From contig OZ374564.1 of the NCBI GenBank assembly GCA_977862235.1, positions 2,170,001-2,234,000 on the forward strand: DNA of 64,000 nucleotides. The letters are read 5' to 3'. A program made the position numbers and the translations under genes. Shown here piece by piece: positions 50,594 to 63,330 of this stretch (position 1 is its first letter; every line of letters starts with the position of its first letter). Source of the stretch: Dudresnaya verticillata. Its lineage: Eukaryota. The notes beneath the pieces were generated by a model. That model was given only the letters and a program-made list of their open reading frames with translations, had not been told where the DNA came from and ran no database searches.

Positions 50594-52501
50594 TTATGCG
50601 TAGTGGTTACGTAGTATCTGCAAGAAGCCACGCTCATCTGTTCGGGCCAGATATGGGCAATTGGGCTTTTTATGCCCGATACCCAGACATTCGAAGCAGA
50701 TATCATTCGGCCTATCTTCCACCACAAGCCAGCCGGGACGCTGTGTGTGAGATGGTTGGGCCCACGAGGGAAGCCTCGAATTATGGTTGGATAGTACCGC
50801 ACTGACGGAGTCATAATAGCTGTCCGTAGCGTCAGACGGGGCTGTAGACCAGACGTCCGAAGCGGTTACGGACGAATCCGGCACTTGGCTGTCGCTGGCC
50901 GCCACTACTGCGTCCTCAGAATCGGAACTAGGCCCTGTAGAGCCACCAGCGTCACTTGAGCCGACCTCAGTGTTGGGACGTCCCTGTTTGACCAGTACTG
51001 CACGGCTGGCCTTCTTGGATTTAATGGAGGACTTCTGTCGCAACATCGAAGTACCAGAGACACGCTCTCGACGACCAGCACCCATGAGGGCCCGGTGTGA
51101 GTCACCTTGGGCGGTAGCCAATTCCACATAGTCGCCAAGCCTATCTGTTCGCGGGTCCAAACCCGAATTGCTCAGTAACGGCTTTGCGGCCCGCAAGAGT
51201 CCACGGATAAACCTGGTGATCAGGTCCTGTTCCGTATAGACACCCGCTACCTTTCCAGCCTTATTCTGGAGGCGTCGTAAGAAGGTAACTTCGTCTTCAT
51301 CCTCGGCTTGCGCCATACGGTCCATTTCCGTGGCTATCATGTCGATGTACACATCCTTCGCATATGTGCATAGGAGGTATTTTACGGCCTCGGGGCACTC
51401 GGAGAATCCTCTATTACCATCTTCGGCCACATTGAAGTTGGCTTCGAACATATCTCCCGCATCCTTATCTAGGAATTCGGGGAAGCCAAGAATTGCCGCC
51501 CCCTCGCTTATCCTGGCTTGGTCCAGTTCACGCTTTGAAGCGGCTAGGAAGCCAATGATCGCCACTGGTTCGCTTCCGTCGAACTTGCGACTCTTCATCA
51601 CGGACTTAATCCTCTTGATCTTCTTCGACGTGTCCTCAGTGACTTCTGGACCCCTGTACTGGTCCAGGTTCAACAGGCGATAGCGTCGAGAAGAGAGAAC
51701 CTGAATGAAAGCCGGGTTCTGCGGAGCGAGTTCCTTAACGTCCGAGTGTCTGGGTCCTCGCCAAGATGGGCGCAACGACCTCCTCGATGGGGAACTATCC
51801 TTTTCGGAGAACTGTGGCTGACGCCGCTGCACCGACCGACGTTGTTCGTCTCGGTTTCGACTGGATTCAGTCACTTGGCCCGTACGGCATGTTATGCAAC
51901 CTGAATGTGCAGCGCGCGGGTTGTTAACATTCGAATGGTCATGTACCGATTCCACATCTGAGTCTCGCCTAGGGCAATGACGTCGCCTTTCCCGAGTCCC
52001 TTTCGGCACCGGACTCCGGCGACGCTCCACCTCAGGAGTTAAGTCCTTCTCCAGAAGGCATAACTGGAGACGAGTCTCGATTATGTTGATCCGACGCCAT
52101 TCCTCGGCTTGCTCCTTCCTTACGAGCGCAATTTCTCGGTCCTGTTCTACGCACGTGGAGTCATTTCCATTGAGACGAAGGGTCTGAATTGCGCCGGACG
52201 CTTCTTCTCGTGAGAGTTCTACTACTCGAGTGAGGGACTCAAAATCTCCGTGGATCGTCTCCACCCGCTCCACGAGCGACTCTATCCTTGCATCGAGTGA
52301 TTCCATTTCATCCGCCACCCTCCGTCCTGTATTGGAGTGGCGGATGCGGCTAGTCATTTCCTCTTGACACAAGGTCAGAATCCGCTCATCCCGCCGACCG
52401 GCTGACTCATCAATATAGCGTTTGATACGCGTGAGCGTTTCATCAGCCTGTACTGCGGCAAGCGGCCTGAGCTTCGTCGCAACAAGGTGACCAGCGCCCA
52501 T
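50594..52501 (-). CDS. gag: Gag with CCHC zinc knuckle
   Basis: FDGSEPVAIIGFL, ISEGAA and CFECLGIGHKKPNC. Confidence 0.85.
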   Translation of the reverse strand: MGAGHLVATKLRPLAAVQADETLTRIKRYIDESAGRRDERILTLCQEEMTSRIRHSNTGRRVADEMESLDARIESLVERVETIHGDFESLTRVVELSREEASGAIQTLRLNGNDSTCVEQDREIALVRKEQAEEWRRINIIETRLQLCLLEKDLTPEVERRRSPVPKGTRERRRHCPRRDSDVESVHDHSNVNNPRAAHSGCITCRTGQVTESSRNRDEQRRSVQRRQPQFSEKDSSPSRRSLRPSWRGPRHSDVKELAPQNPAFIQVLSSRRYRLLNLDQYRGPEVTEDTSKKIKRIKSVMKSRKFDGSEPVAIIGFLAASKRELDQARISEGAAILGFPEFLDKDAGDMFEANFNVAEDGNRGFSECPEAVKYLLCTYAKDVYIDMIATEMDRMAQAEDEDEVTFLRRLQNKAGKVAGVYTEQDLITRFIRGLLRAAKPLLSNSGLDPRTDRLGDYVELATAQGDSHRALMGAGRRERVSGTSMLRQKSSIKSKKASRAVLVKQGRPNTEVGSSDAGGSTGPSSDSEDAVVAASDSQVPDSSVTASDVWSTAPSDATDSYYDSVSAVLSNHNSRLPSWAQPSHTQRPGWLVVEDRPNDICFECLGIGHKKPNCPYLARTDERGFLQILRNHYA

Positions 52502-53179
52502 TCGGTGGATCTCCGATTCTGTAAAGCACCGGACATCCTCCTAATTGGTATTCGTTCGGGTCGGCTGCCCATATACGGGCGCCGAGTCGACTTCTGTCGG
52601 TGCCGCGTAATCGGTCAATCGTCCACTGGGGAGGTGCCCTGATTCCGGCATAACTTCTGGACCCTGGTCCTCATTCCCGTCCACTTGTGTGGGTGGTTGT
52701 GGTTCTGACCGGGTCATTTTTCCTTCTAACGTGACTGAATCCCTTCCAGGGTTCGGCATCAAACCGGGAGTAGTCCCGAGAACAAGGTCGGGCCTAGAAC
52801 GTCCAACCAGTGGCGGTCGTTCGCTGGTTAATCTTGGTTCGGGACCGTCTTCATCGGGGGCGTCGCCGTCGATATGGTGTCGCCCCAATCGCCCGTCCGA
52901 AGGACTGCGCCCTAGCGCGGCAGTCCCAGAAAGGGTAGTAACGCCCGAAATACGGACTGAGGAAAGACTTCCGGCACGACTGCTACCACGGTCGATAAGG
53001 CTCGGCCTGGTTGTATCGCCATTCGATGCCGGCATCTTTCCGATGGTGTGAGACTAATACCCCGTCCTAAAATAGGTAATAATTCCGGAAGGACCGATTG
53101 GTCGATGGGACTTTTTCCCGATGCACCAACCGGCGTTCCGTAAGTGTTTCTCGCACGACACGATGCTTCGAAGGGGACT

Positions 53180-53561
53180 CATTTTCAGCTTGAGCACGGT
53201 GCTCGTACGTAAGCCTTGGTAGAATTCAGGGCTACCAGCGATTTCTCCAAGAGGACTCTCCAACTTGTGCGCTGGAACGGCCTGTACAAAAGAACGGTCT
53301 TTTACCAGGATGCACCGATAACCTGTAGAAGCAGTCTTGAGGGGGGTGTCAATCACGCCCTCAACGGAAGCATTTTCAGCTTGAGCACGGTGCTCGTACG
53401 TAAGCCTTGGTAGAATTCAGGGCTACCAGCGATTTCTCCAAGAGGACTCTCCAACTTGTGCGCTGGAACGGCCTGTACAAAAGAACGGTCTTTTACCAGG
53501 ATGCACCGATAACCTGTAGAAGCAGTCTTGAGGGGGGCGTCAATCACGCCCTCAACGGAAG
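53180..53561. repeat. Tandem duplication, 2 x 191 bp, in the Gypsy 2 leader
   Basis: 53180-53370 vs 53371-53561, with one visible mismatch. Confidence 0.95.
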
Positions 53562-53794
53562 TTCTATATAGCAACTAGGGCCGGTTGTAATTCAAAGAAT
53601 AAACGTGCTCGCCACTGATTTGACGCTACGCAGCGGCTTGAGATGGAGCGTAGGAACCGTCAACAATCCTGACTAGGGTTTCAACGCCGGTTGGCCAGGA
53701 AACTCGTCTTTGACTCGACACAACGTCTTGAGTCTTGTACTCTTTGAGTTAACCAACCAGGGTTGAGGAAGAAAGGGAAACCAACCCAGAACAC

Positions 53795-53812
53795 TTCTAG
53801 ATCGGGAGAAAA
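53795..53812 (-). promoter_or_regulatory. Degenerate primer-binding site (TTTTCTCCCGATCTAGAA)
   Basis: Adjacent to the LTR end; a variant of the PBS at 15182 and 56200 that has lost TGG. Confidence 0.7.
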
Positions 53813-53813
53813 A

Positions 53814-54410
53814 TGTAGCACAACGGGTCCAGCCCAGGAAGATCAAGGAAAAAAGGACACCTGTCCGGAACCGTCGTGCTTATGAGTAGCTCGGGTGTGG
53901 TAGAGGCTTGGTAGAATGGCAGTAGGCCAGGAAAAAGGGAAAAGGAAAAAGGGGACGCGACCCGGTATTCCGCAGGGAACCTGCCGTACGGTGACGAGCC
54001 TGTAGTTGGCGTCCAGAAAGGGAACGGGAAGCGCCCGGAATCCAGAAAATGGTCAAGACCGAGATACTCCCCGTAGGGTTCAATCAGGGGTGCCCTGCTA
54101 TTCAGGGGACCAATATATATGGCTTGTGCCCGTGCTAGTACTAGCTAACACAGTGTACTGTAAAAAATTACATTGAGCAATGGGAGGCGGATTCACGCCC
54201 CTGTGGTGGCGTATAATCGGGAAATATCCCAGCGCCACACCAATGGTAGTGCGTCAGTTGCGTATCTGAGGCGCAGGTGAGTTCGCGGCAGGCGCCAATC
54301 ACATGTCTCATCCTGGCGAAGCCCAGCAGTGGCAACGTCTCACAGGACATTGGCCCGTTACAACGTACAGCGTAGTATGTCCGCTTGGCGCAAATCGCCG
54401 TTGTACCACA
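53814..54410 (-). repeat. 5' LTR of Gypsy 2 (597 bp)
   Basis: TGTGGTACAA...TTGTGCTACA (8/10 inverted match), TATA-like run near 54113, and adjacent PBS. Confidence 0.8.
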
Positions 54411-55354
54411 CGGCTCCAGCCGTAGTCCCAACCTCATCCTCACGCTTTTCTGAAGAAGAATCATCTTCTGTCACCGCTAGTAGCGTTGGATTCGGAGGAG
54501 CTAGGAGTAGCACAGGGGCGACCGGCGGCCGCCTAGGACTGGTTAAATCTGCGCTGTATTCAATCCACTTTGCCTACCAAACATATGCTTTATACCTGTC
54601 AAAAGCTGTCCTTTCGAACGTCTATCGTTAACAGTCGCAGTCAGTATCTTTTCGGTTCGGTATACCGACTGAGACTCTCAGTCGCTTCTCCGTCTCTGCT
54701 TCCCTTTTTTGAACTTTGCGCTTCCTCTCCGCATACGCTTTCTGACTGGTCACTCGATGATCTTTTCATCATTTCGTGATCTTTGTTGCGGACTCTTGAG
54801 TTTCGCTTGCCTCTCCGGAGCTGCTATCTATCCTTTGTTGCTCACACGCCCAATCTGCTCTGTGACCTGCAACATTTCGAAGTCCACAAGCTCTCCCTTT
54901 CAAAAGATGCATTCAAATCGTCGAGAGTAAATTCCGTTTTCCATGTGGATGACAGTTCTGTTTTCCTTCCTCCAAATGTTTTCTCCTCTCCACTACAAAT
55001 CTGGGAATGTTCTTTATAAGCGTCCAGATATACTTCAAGTTGAGCCCCGCACGTGTTTGCGGCCTAAACGGTGCGGTCAGGGATCCCTGGGAGTGCGATA
55101 TTAGCTCTGGAAAACGGCCTGCTGTGCTTTCAGAAGATTCCAATAGTGTGATGAAAGAAGTGCCTTATAGATGTATAAGCGCTCCTCTCCAGTTGGGATG
55201 AACCGAACCTATCCACTAGGGGATATCTGTACAGTCAGTGTTCGAGGTCCATTCCGACGGCTACTAGTTCCTTCTGTGCTTCGTTCTGCCTATACTTCAG
55301 GCACAGAATCGCCTTCCATTAGAGGCGGGGGACTAGCTTTTTCTTCCATGCTGG

Positions 55355-56198
55355 TGTGGTATAGACGCTATCCGTGAAACGACTCCGCGGTCTACGTGAA
55401 AATAATCGAGAAATACGAATTTCGAAATGACTCCGTGAATGCGCACGCCACGATGGAAAACGGATTACAGCGAGGCATACGGTGCCTGCGCCACGATGGC
55501 ATACGCATTACAGCACGCACGTGATACGAAATCGCTGACACCTCCGGACGAATCCCGATCCGACTTCGTGATCGCGCGCGCCACGATGGCATTCGCATTA
55601 CAGTGCGCACCCGATACGAAATCGCTGACACCTTCGTGACTTTCCCGTTGTTTCCCGCGCGTAACGGCACCGGGGCCCACGAGACACGCACACCTCCGTA
55701 TGCATCGCTGGCGCACTCGGCAACCGCCACCGTACGTGAGGCGACCGTTCGCTGGCACCGAGGCCGTTACGAATCATTCGAGTACGAACCGTCTCCCGAG
55801 TTGACGCGCATTCGTGCTCACGTAGTATTACTTAGCCAGTCGTCTGGCACAACCTCCGAGGGTTTCCGGCAAGCGACTAGCGCCCGGACCTCGGAGTCTT
55901 CGGTAAACGCCTGTTTCTTCGAGTTCGGTGTCTTCGTCTTCGTGACCGCGGATACGGTCGAGCCTCGCTTTCGATAGCCCCGCGCACCCGGAGTCATCCC
56001 CGGTGATCGATCGCTCGAGTTCTCCCTTCCGCACACGAATACGTTGACACCGTGGTCCTTCATGTTGGTCGCTCCGCTCTACCACGCTACCAACCCTTTT
56101 CGTTTCTTCGTTAGGCTACGAGGCCATTCGTTAGGCTCCGAGGCCATTCCTTACAGTGCGAGACTTCCCCGCGTCTCCGTGGACTTCGTTATACCACA
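55355..56198 (+). repeat. 5' LTR (844 bp) with internal ~55-bp repeats
   Basis: TGTGGTATA...TATACCACA. CGCCACGATGGCAT.CGCATTACAG...ATACGAAATCGCTGACACCT occurs near 55488 and 55579. Confidence 0.92.
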
Positions 56199-56199
56199 C

Positions 56200-56217
56200 T
56201 GGTGTCCCGACCTAGAA
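56200..56217 (+). promoter_or_regulatory. Primer-binding site TGGTGTCCCGACCTAGAA
   Basis: TGG-initiated 18-mer 1 nt after the LTR. Confidence 0.9.
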
Positions 56218-56269
56218 CGTGGTCCCGAAGTTTCGCATTTATTCGTAATTCATTTCTATCCGAGACACG

Positions 56270-58720
56270 ATGTCTCACGCTCCGAGTCGTCCCGATTCGC
56301 CGGTACCGAAACCCGATGACGTACCGATTCCGGAGCTCCCGTTGTTCGACTCGAACGCGAGTGACCGAGAACCGTTTTCTCGCACTCGCGCTTCACGAAT
56401 AACGGTACCAGATCTTCGCACAGACTCGCGTTCGCAGGCGCACGGTAGCCAGTCCGACTTTTCGTACACGTACACTCCGTTGGAAATCGTTCCTTCGGAT
56501 ACCGTCGATCGACTCTTCTCGATGAAGCACGTCTCCGGTTCAGAACTACGTTTACTCCACGAAGAGGTCATCGATGCGCTTTCTACCGCGTACCGTATCA
56601 CGCAGCTTTCGATTCGTAATACGCACAATCGAGTTCACGAAGAGTTCAACAATCTCCGCGCTGGCAAGGTCCGTAGGATCGAAGACTCACTCGAGAGTCT
56701 CCGGGATCTCGTCTCGGGAGTCAGCAATCGGTTTCTCGTGATCGAGCGCAACGTATCCGCCCCCGTGGGCAAGGCGAGTCACTCGCTTCCCGTTCGCAGC
56801 TCGCACGCATTCTCCGAGGAACAGTTGAACGCTATTCGTGAAATCGTGTCCGCAGCGTTACCGAAGTCTCGAAGTCGCGAAGATCATTCCGAAGCCCGTC
56901 CTGACCCCCGCAATTCGCCGCTAGTTCAACCCCGTGCAAGGCCCGGGTGCCCAATCTACGTTACCGAAAACCACGTATCCGAATCCGTCCCCGCACGCTT
57001 TATCGAATCAGGCAACCGATGCCTCCGACAACCCCCGTATCAACCCCGCAGTATTCCGATATTCGCTCCAACAACCGATGTCCCCCGGAGGACCCGTAAT
57101 CGAAAATACGTTAGCGCTCGCGGGACCCGTGTCATCGTTCTGGCACTGGGACCGCTCGCGCCGGGCGTCGAACCGATACCGACGCTCATTCCCGAATTCG
57201 CGCGGGCCGTAAGCTATCGATCGTATCGACTCACGAATTCGTCACCTCGGGATAATCAACACGAAGTATTCCGAGGTAACACGTCGAAAACCGTTTCACG
57301 CATGCGTTCGATGATGCCGAGACTCGAGAAGTTTACGGGACGCGACCCGATTAAGGTTCTCGCATTTCTTCGTGATATTCGACAAGCGCTGAACGGAGTC
57401 GGGCTCACCGAAGGAGCAGCGGTTCGTACGATTTCGTGGTTTCTCGATGAGACCGCGCTCAAGGTGTATCAACACTATGCCTTCGGAGGCGTTCGTACGG
57501 GCAACCCGGTTTGCTGGTCCGCGATCGTGAACGTGTTACTACAACGATTTCTCACGGAAGACGTAATCGCAGACGCACACGATCGCGTGATAACCGCGAA
57601 GCAGAAGTCCGATGAAACCGAGATGGAGTTCGCGACTCGTTTGCAAGGCTACGCGGATGTCTGCTCCGGTGTCTACGATGACTCTTCGTTAACGCACCAG
57701 TTTATTCGTGGATTACTACCTACTACGTATCCTATCGTGGCCGACCAGGTACGACGCCTACCGCTGTCCGAGCAGAAGAATTTTATGAGCGTGCAACGAA
57801 TCGCGCAAGCCGAAGGCACGACATTCCGAGCTCGCGAACTACGTGACAACGCGGCCCAACAGTCGCGTGATTCGAAGAACCGAGTGTCCGCTACGTACCC
57901 GAAGAGTCGCCAAGCGCCCGGAGGCACGATGCTTATCGAAGCTTGCGACACTCCCGGGAGTGAATACGAGTAACCCATGAACGAAGATCCGCAAATGGCC
58001 GTGATGATGATTCGTTCAGGAACCGGGTCCACATCCGCTACACCAACTACTTCGACAACGGTCTCCGTGGACGATACGTTAGATCTCACGATTCGCATCG
58101 AGCGTTTCGTACCCGCACGTGTCCCACCGATGACCCCGGAGCAAATCGAGATGGCGCGTTCGATGATACCGAAGAATCAAGATGCGCGGCCGTGTTGGTT
58201 CTGTCGCGAAATCGGTCACCTCATGTATTCGTGTCCGTATCTCACGAAGGAGCAACAACTCTATTGCGCGTACCAGAACTACTTGTACCAACTCGAAACG
58301 AGACCGTATACGCGTAATAACTTCGTGAATCGCGGCGCATCAAGAGGGAATTCGTTCGCGTCCGTTGACAATCGAGGTCACCGTGGACACGACTCCCGAG
58401 GATCACGTGACAATCGCGTAAACCGAGATCTTCGTCAAGGCGATACGCGCTACCCGAGGGACCGAGCCCAGCGTCAAGTCAGCTTCGAGCGTCGAGGGCC
58501 GCCGACCGTCCTCTGCAATCCGAGACACGCGCAGGCCCCGGGCCGTCAACCGGTTCTCGCAGTCCGTGAAGACGTTGACGCGATTGAGCCGAGTCACCCG
58601 AACCTGCCCTCGGAGGCTTACGAAGACTCCGCGAACAACGGAAGAGGTGATCGATCAACCTCCCCATTGGACGCGGACGCTCGCAATTCGGATTCTAGTT
58701 CGAGTTCGGAAAACGAGTAA
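56270..58720 (+). pseudogene. gag: gag with one in-frame TAA (57971-57973)
   Basis: The two ORFs are in the same frame. Motifs FTGRDPIKVLAFL and CWFCREIGHLMYSC. Confidence 0.9.
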
Positions 58721-61700
58721 AGGCGAAGACGCCCGTTGTGTCACGTACTTCGTCTGAATCCGTTCCCCGAGACAATCCGCGTATTCCGATTCCGAGAGCC
58801 GCTGCGATGCGAAGGAAGCGCGCTGCACGACGACGAGACCGAAAGCGATATCGAGTCCTCGTGAAAGACGCTTCGTGCGAAAACAATTCGAAGAAGATAC
58901 CGATCTCGAAGATCGAACCCGAAGTTACCACCGAGGGATACGTTTGCTTGATGACTTCGGAGATCTTCCTCGTGACCGGATCCATTGGCCTCGATGCCTC
59001 CGTAATGACCCCGCATACGATTGCAGTCGATACGTGTTCCGGTTACAACCTAATAGCCCGGGCTGCGTTACCCACCGGTTGGGAAGCGAACGTGTCCACG
59101 ATGGAATCAGCTCCGAGGCTCGCGTCCGTTGATCGCACCCCGTTGCGACTCGATGGTATCGTTTACCTGACAATCCGCCTTGGGAACGTTCGATACCGCG
59201 TACCCTTCGTGGTTGCGGAGAAACTCGCAGTCGACGTTCTCCTTGGAACTTCGTGGATGGACGCGCATTTACGAAGTATCGAGCTCAGCCCACGGAGGCT
59301 CATCACGAAGAGTGGAAGCACGATTCCGATTATCAACTGCATTGCTGGATCGGCTCCGCCCGCAATTAATTCGAAAAATCCGAAGCAGAAATCCGAGAAA
59401 ACGCTATCGAAGCGACATCGACGCGAGCTCCACGATTGGGACCGAGACACCCGTACCATTCGTTTGAACCGCCGCGTCACCATACCGAGTTATTCGCAGA
59501 AGCTAGTCACCGTGACCTCGGAAGCACTCGGACTAATTCATATCGAACCGAAGACTTCGTTACAACACCGACACAGAGTACGGTTAACGAACTGGATACA
59601 CGAAGTCAGTCCGAATCGCGAGTTTTCGGTGTTGATGGCGAACTTCACGGATAAGCCTCGAGCTCTACCGAAGGGAACTGTCATCGGATACGCAGCTCGA
59701 AACCCGCTCGCGATTCTGACACCCGATCGCGAAGTCGCGGATTCGTTTGCCAAGGTGCTCAACATCTCTACGCTATGCGAGCACGACGACTCGAAGTCAC
59801 CCGAAGAATCCGTATCCACCAAGGAAAAACCGCTCACGAAGGGCGCCGCGACTGCAGCAGCAGAAGCCAATTCGAGTTCCCGCGATTGGGAAGAACGCGT
59901 AGATCTTTCGAATATACCCGACGAAACTATGCGAAACGAGGTCCTCGAGATGCTACGTAAGCACGAATCGATGTGAAACGGAGACCTCGGAACGATCGCA
60001 GCCACGGAGCATCGGATCGATCTACAACCCGGGACTCGACCTATTCGTTCGATGCCCTATCGTCAAGGGCCTGTAATACGTGAAATCGTCCGTAACGAAA
60101 TCGACAGTATGCTAGAAGCCGGAGTAATCGAACCAGCCACCTCGGAGTGGGCGTCCCCCGTAGTCCGCGCACCGAAGAAAGACGGACCACTTCGTTTTTG
60201 CGTAGATTACCGAAGACTCAATACGAAGACGCTATCCGACGCGTACCAGCTTCCCCGGATGGAAGATTGTATCGATTCACTCGGAGACGCTTCTATTTTC
60301 TCTACACTCGATTGTAACAGCGGATACTGGCAGATTCCGGTTGCCCCGGAAGACCGCGATAAGACTACGTTTACTTCGTTTCTCGGAACTTATCGTTATC
60401 TTAGTATGCCCTTCGGATTGAAAAACGCGCCGGCTACGTTTCAACGCGCACTCGACATCATTATATCCGGAGTCCGTTGGCAGTACTGTCTCGTTTACCT
60501 CGATGACGTGATCGTTTTCTCCACGAATCTTCGTGAACACATCGCGCATCTCGATCAAGTTCTCACGCTACTTCGCAACTCCGGGGTTTCGCTCAAGATG
60601 AAGAAGTGCTTCCTTTTCCGAAAGCGAGTCGACTATCTCGGACACGTGATTTCCCCGGGGAAGCTGAGTATGGCCGAGAAGAGCTCCGAAGCATTCCGAT
60701 ACGCGAAGTTCCCGAAGACACTCACGCAAGTCCGTTCGTTCCTCGGCGCGTGTAACGTATACCGAAGATTCGTGAAAGACTTCGCGAAAATTGCGCGACC
60801 ATTGACGAACATAACGCGAAAGGACGCGGATCCCGACTACGAAAATCCCACGGAGGATCAAGTTACCGCATTCGAAACGCTCAAACGGAAGCTCGTGTCA
60901 CCGCCGATACTCCGGTTACCGCAACTCGGGAAACGTTACATTATCAATACGGACGCGTCTGCGTATCAACTCGGATGCGCGTTGCTACAGGAGCAAGATA
61001 ACGAAGAATTCCAACCCGTGGGCTACTGGTCGTATTCGTTAAACGATGCCGAGAAGAACTACTCCGCAACCGAGCGCGAATGCTACGCAGTCGTATGGGC
61101 GGTTACTTCGTTGCGTCCGTATATCGAAGGGACCCGGTTCACCGTTCGTACGGACCACGATGCGCTCCGATGGCTTCTTTCTCTGATCGATTCGTCCGGG
61201 CGACTCACGCGATGGAGGCTTCGCTTAGCCGAATTCGACTTCGAAATGGTGTATCATCCCGGTCGCGTCCACCAGATTCCCGATGCCCTCTCGCGATTGC
61301 TACTTCCGCATCGCGAACAACCCGCAATCGACGACGAAGTTCCTACGTTTGACTCGGATCAAATTGCAGCGAAGGACGAAGAACGTTTCCGCAACGACAT
61401 TACGAAAACCATCGAAAACGAAAGAGACCCGGTTCTCATTACTACGCGATCCCGCAAACGTCAATCGAAGCCCACCGCGATTCGCCACGACTCTACGCGA
61501 AAGACTACACCCGCGACACGCGTACATCGAGCAGGCACTACGCCACGACCCACGGAGATCACCACGGATTCCTAACCCCACAATCATACGTGCCACGAAG
61601 GCTGCGAACACGAACACGACGCAGAACTACGTGATGAATACGCAGGCCAAAAGTATGTCTACGATGAATGCGACTTATGGGACGATATCGATGACGATGA

Positions 61701-63330
61701 TCCGTTTGACCTTTATCGAATTGACCCCAACGAAGAACCGAGTGACCTCACCGACGTGAAACCCGTGGACCTCCCTGCGCCGATTACGGTAACCGAAATC
61801 CTCCATGGACAACGTATTGATTCGTTCTGCCAAACGGTGCAATCACGAAAATCGAAAACGAAGGACAGTCTCTTTCACGAAGATGGCGACGGTCTCCTGC
61901 GACGAACGCACCCAACGATTCCGAAGCTCACGCAAATCGTATTGCCCGAGACGCTCCGACCTCGCTTGCTCACGCTGGCGCATCATTCGTTACTCGCTGG
62001 CCACCCGGGGAAAAATCGTATGTTCTACTCACTTCGTGAAACGTATTACTGGCCTTACATGGCAGCCGATATCGCATCCACGGTTCGTAACTGCAAACAT
62101 TGCGCCAGGAATCGAATCCGTCTCCGAAGGAATCTTCATCGCTTGAAGCTCTTCCCCGCTACGCGCCCACTCGAATCGGTCGCGATTGACATCTTAGGCC
62201 CGTTGCCACGAACGAAATCCGGACGCAAGTTCATTCTCGTGATTACGGATCGCTTTACGAAGTTGACCCAGGTGGCCACACTACGAGTAATAACCGCGTA
62301 TCACGTGGCCGTTGCCTTTTGCGAAGTTTGGATATTCAAGTACGGACCGCCAGACTCGGTGCTCTCGGATAACGGGAAACAGTTTACTTCGAAGTTCTTT
62401 CAGGGCGTCTGTCGCTTACTCGGGTTATCGAACGTATTCACTTCCGCGTATCATCCGCAAACGAATGGACAAACCGAACGCTATAACCGCACTATCCTCG
62501 CGATGCTTCATAACTACGTGAACGACCACCAAAATGATTGGGACCGCTACGTTTCCGCGTTAACGTATTCATACAATTGCCACGTTCATCGGTCTACGAA
62601 GACAACTCCGTTCAATCTCGTTTTATCGCGACCGCCGCCCGAGTTCACCGTGAAACTTCGCTCCCGGAAGCATCGACCAAAACCCACGGAGGACCTTCGC
62701 AACGATTTCGTTAAGCGACTCGATTTCGCCATCGGTTCCGCACGTACTTCGTTACAGCGAGTTCAAAAACGTTACAAACGCGACTTCGATAAGCGCATCC
62801 GCCACACGAAAAGCCGCGTCAAACCCGGAGACTATGTGTACCTCGATACCCACGATGGGAAAACGAAACTCCCGAAGATGAAATCCCCCGCGGAGGGGCC
62901 GTACAAAGTGCTCTTCAACGACACGCGAACACTCGTAATCGATCGCAAGGGCCTCGTTGAACGCGTCTCCGCGGACCGCTGCATCTACGCGCCACCTCCT
63001 ACGAATTCGCGACCGTCGATTACGCGACCCGAAGACATTGCGGAAAAGGTCACCGAAGGCCCCGAATACGTTGTCGATCGCATCCTCGATCACTCGACCG
63101 ACGACGCCGGAAAATTCGTGTTTCGTATCAAGTGGGACGGCTACGCGACGCCTACGTGGGAACCTCGTACGCACGTGCCCGAAGAACTCGTTTCGCGCTA
63201 CTTCGCAAGGCTTCGAAGCCAAGCGGACCCGCGTGATCCCGTGCTACTCGCCCACGAATGGCTCTCCGACTGGGACCCCGAGTGGTTCCGTGGCCCCGAC
63301 TTCGTGCTCCGCAAATCGTCGCACGATTAA
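58708..63330 (+). pseudogene. pol: pol: protease, RT, RNase H, integrase, chromodomain
   Basis: VDTCSG, YLDD, NTDAS, HH-CC, IDILGP/SDNG/ERYN, GPY and YVVDRILDH..IKWDGY..TWEP. In-frame TGA at 59974-59976 and a frameshift near 61.5 kb. Confidence 0.95.

Larger units (their letters stand above)
46197..54410 (-). mobile_element. Ty3/Gypsy retrotransposon 2, decayed, no 3' LTR
   Basis: LTR, degenerate PBS, gag, then PR-RT-RNaseH-IN order. Confidence 0.92.

Noticed and set aside
57971..57973. Programmed readthrough within gag
   Set aside because: Gypsy 2 gag is open across the equivalent region, so a point mutation is simpler.
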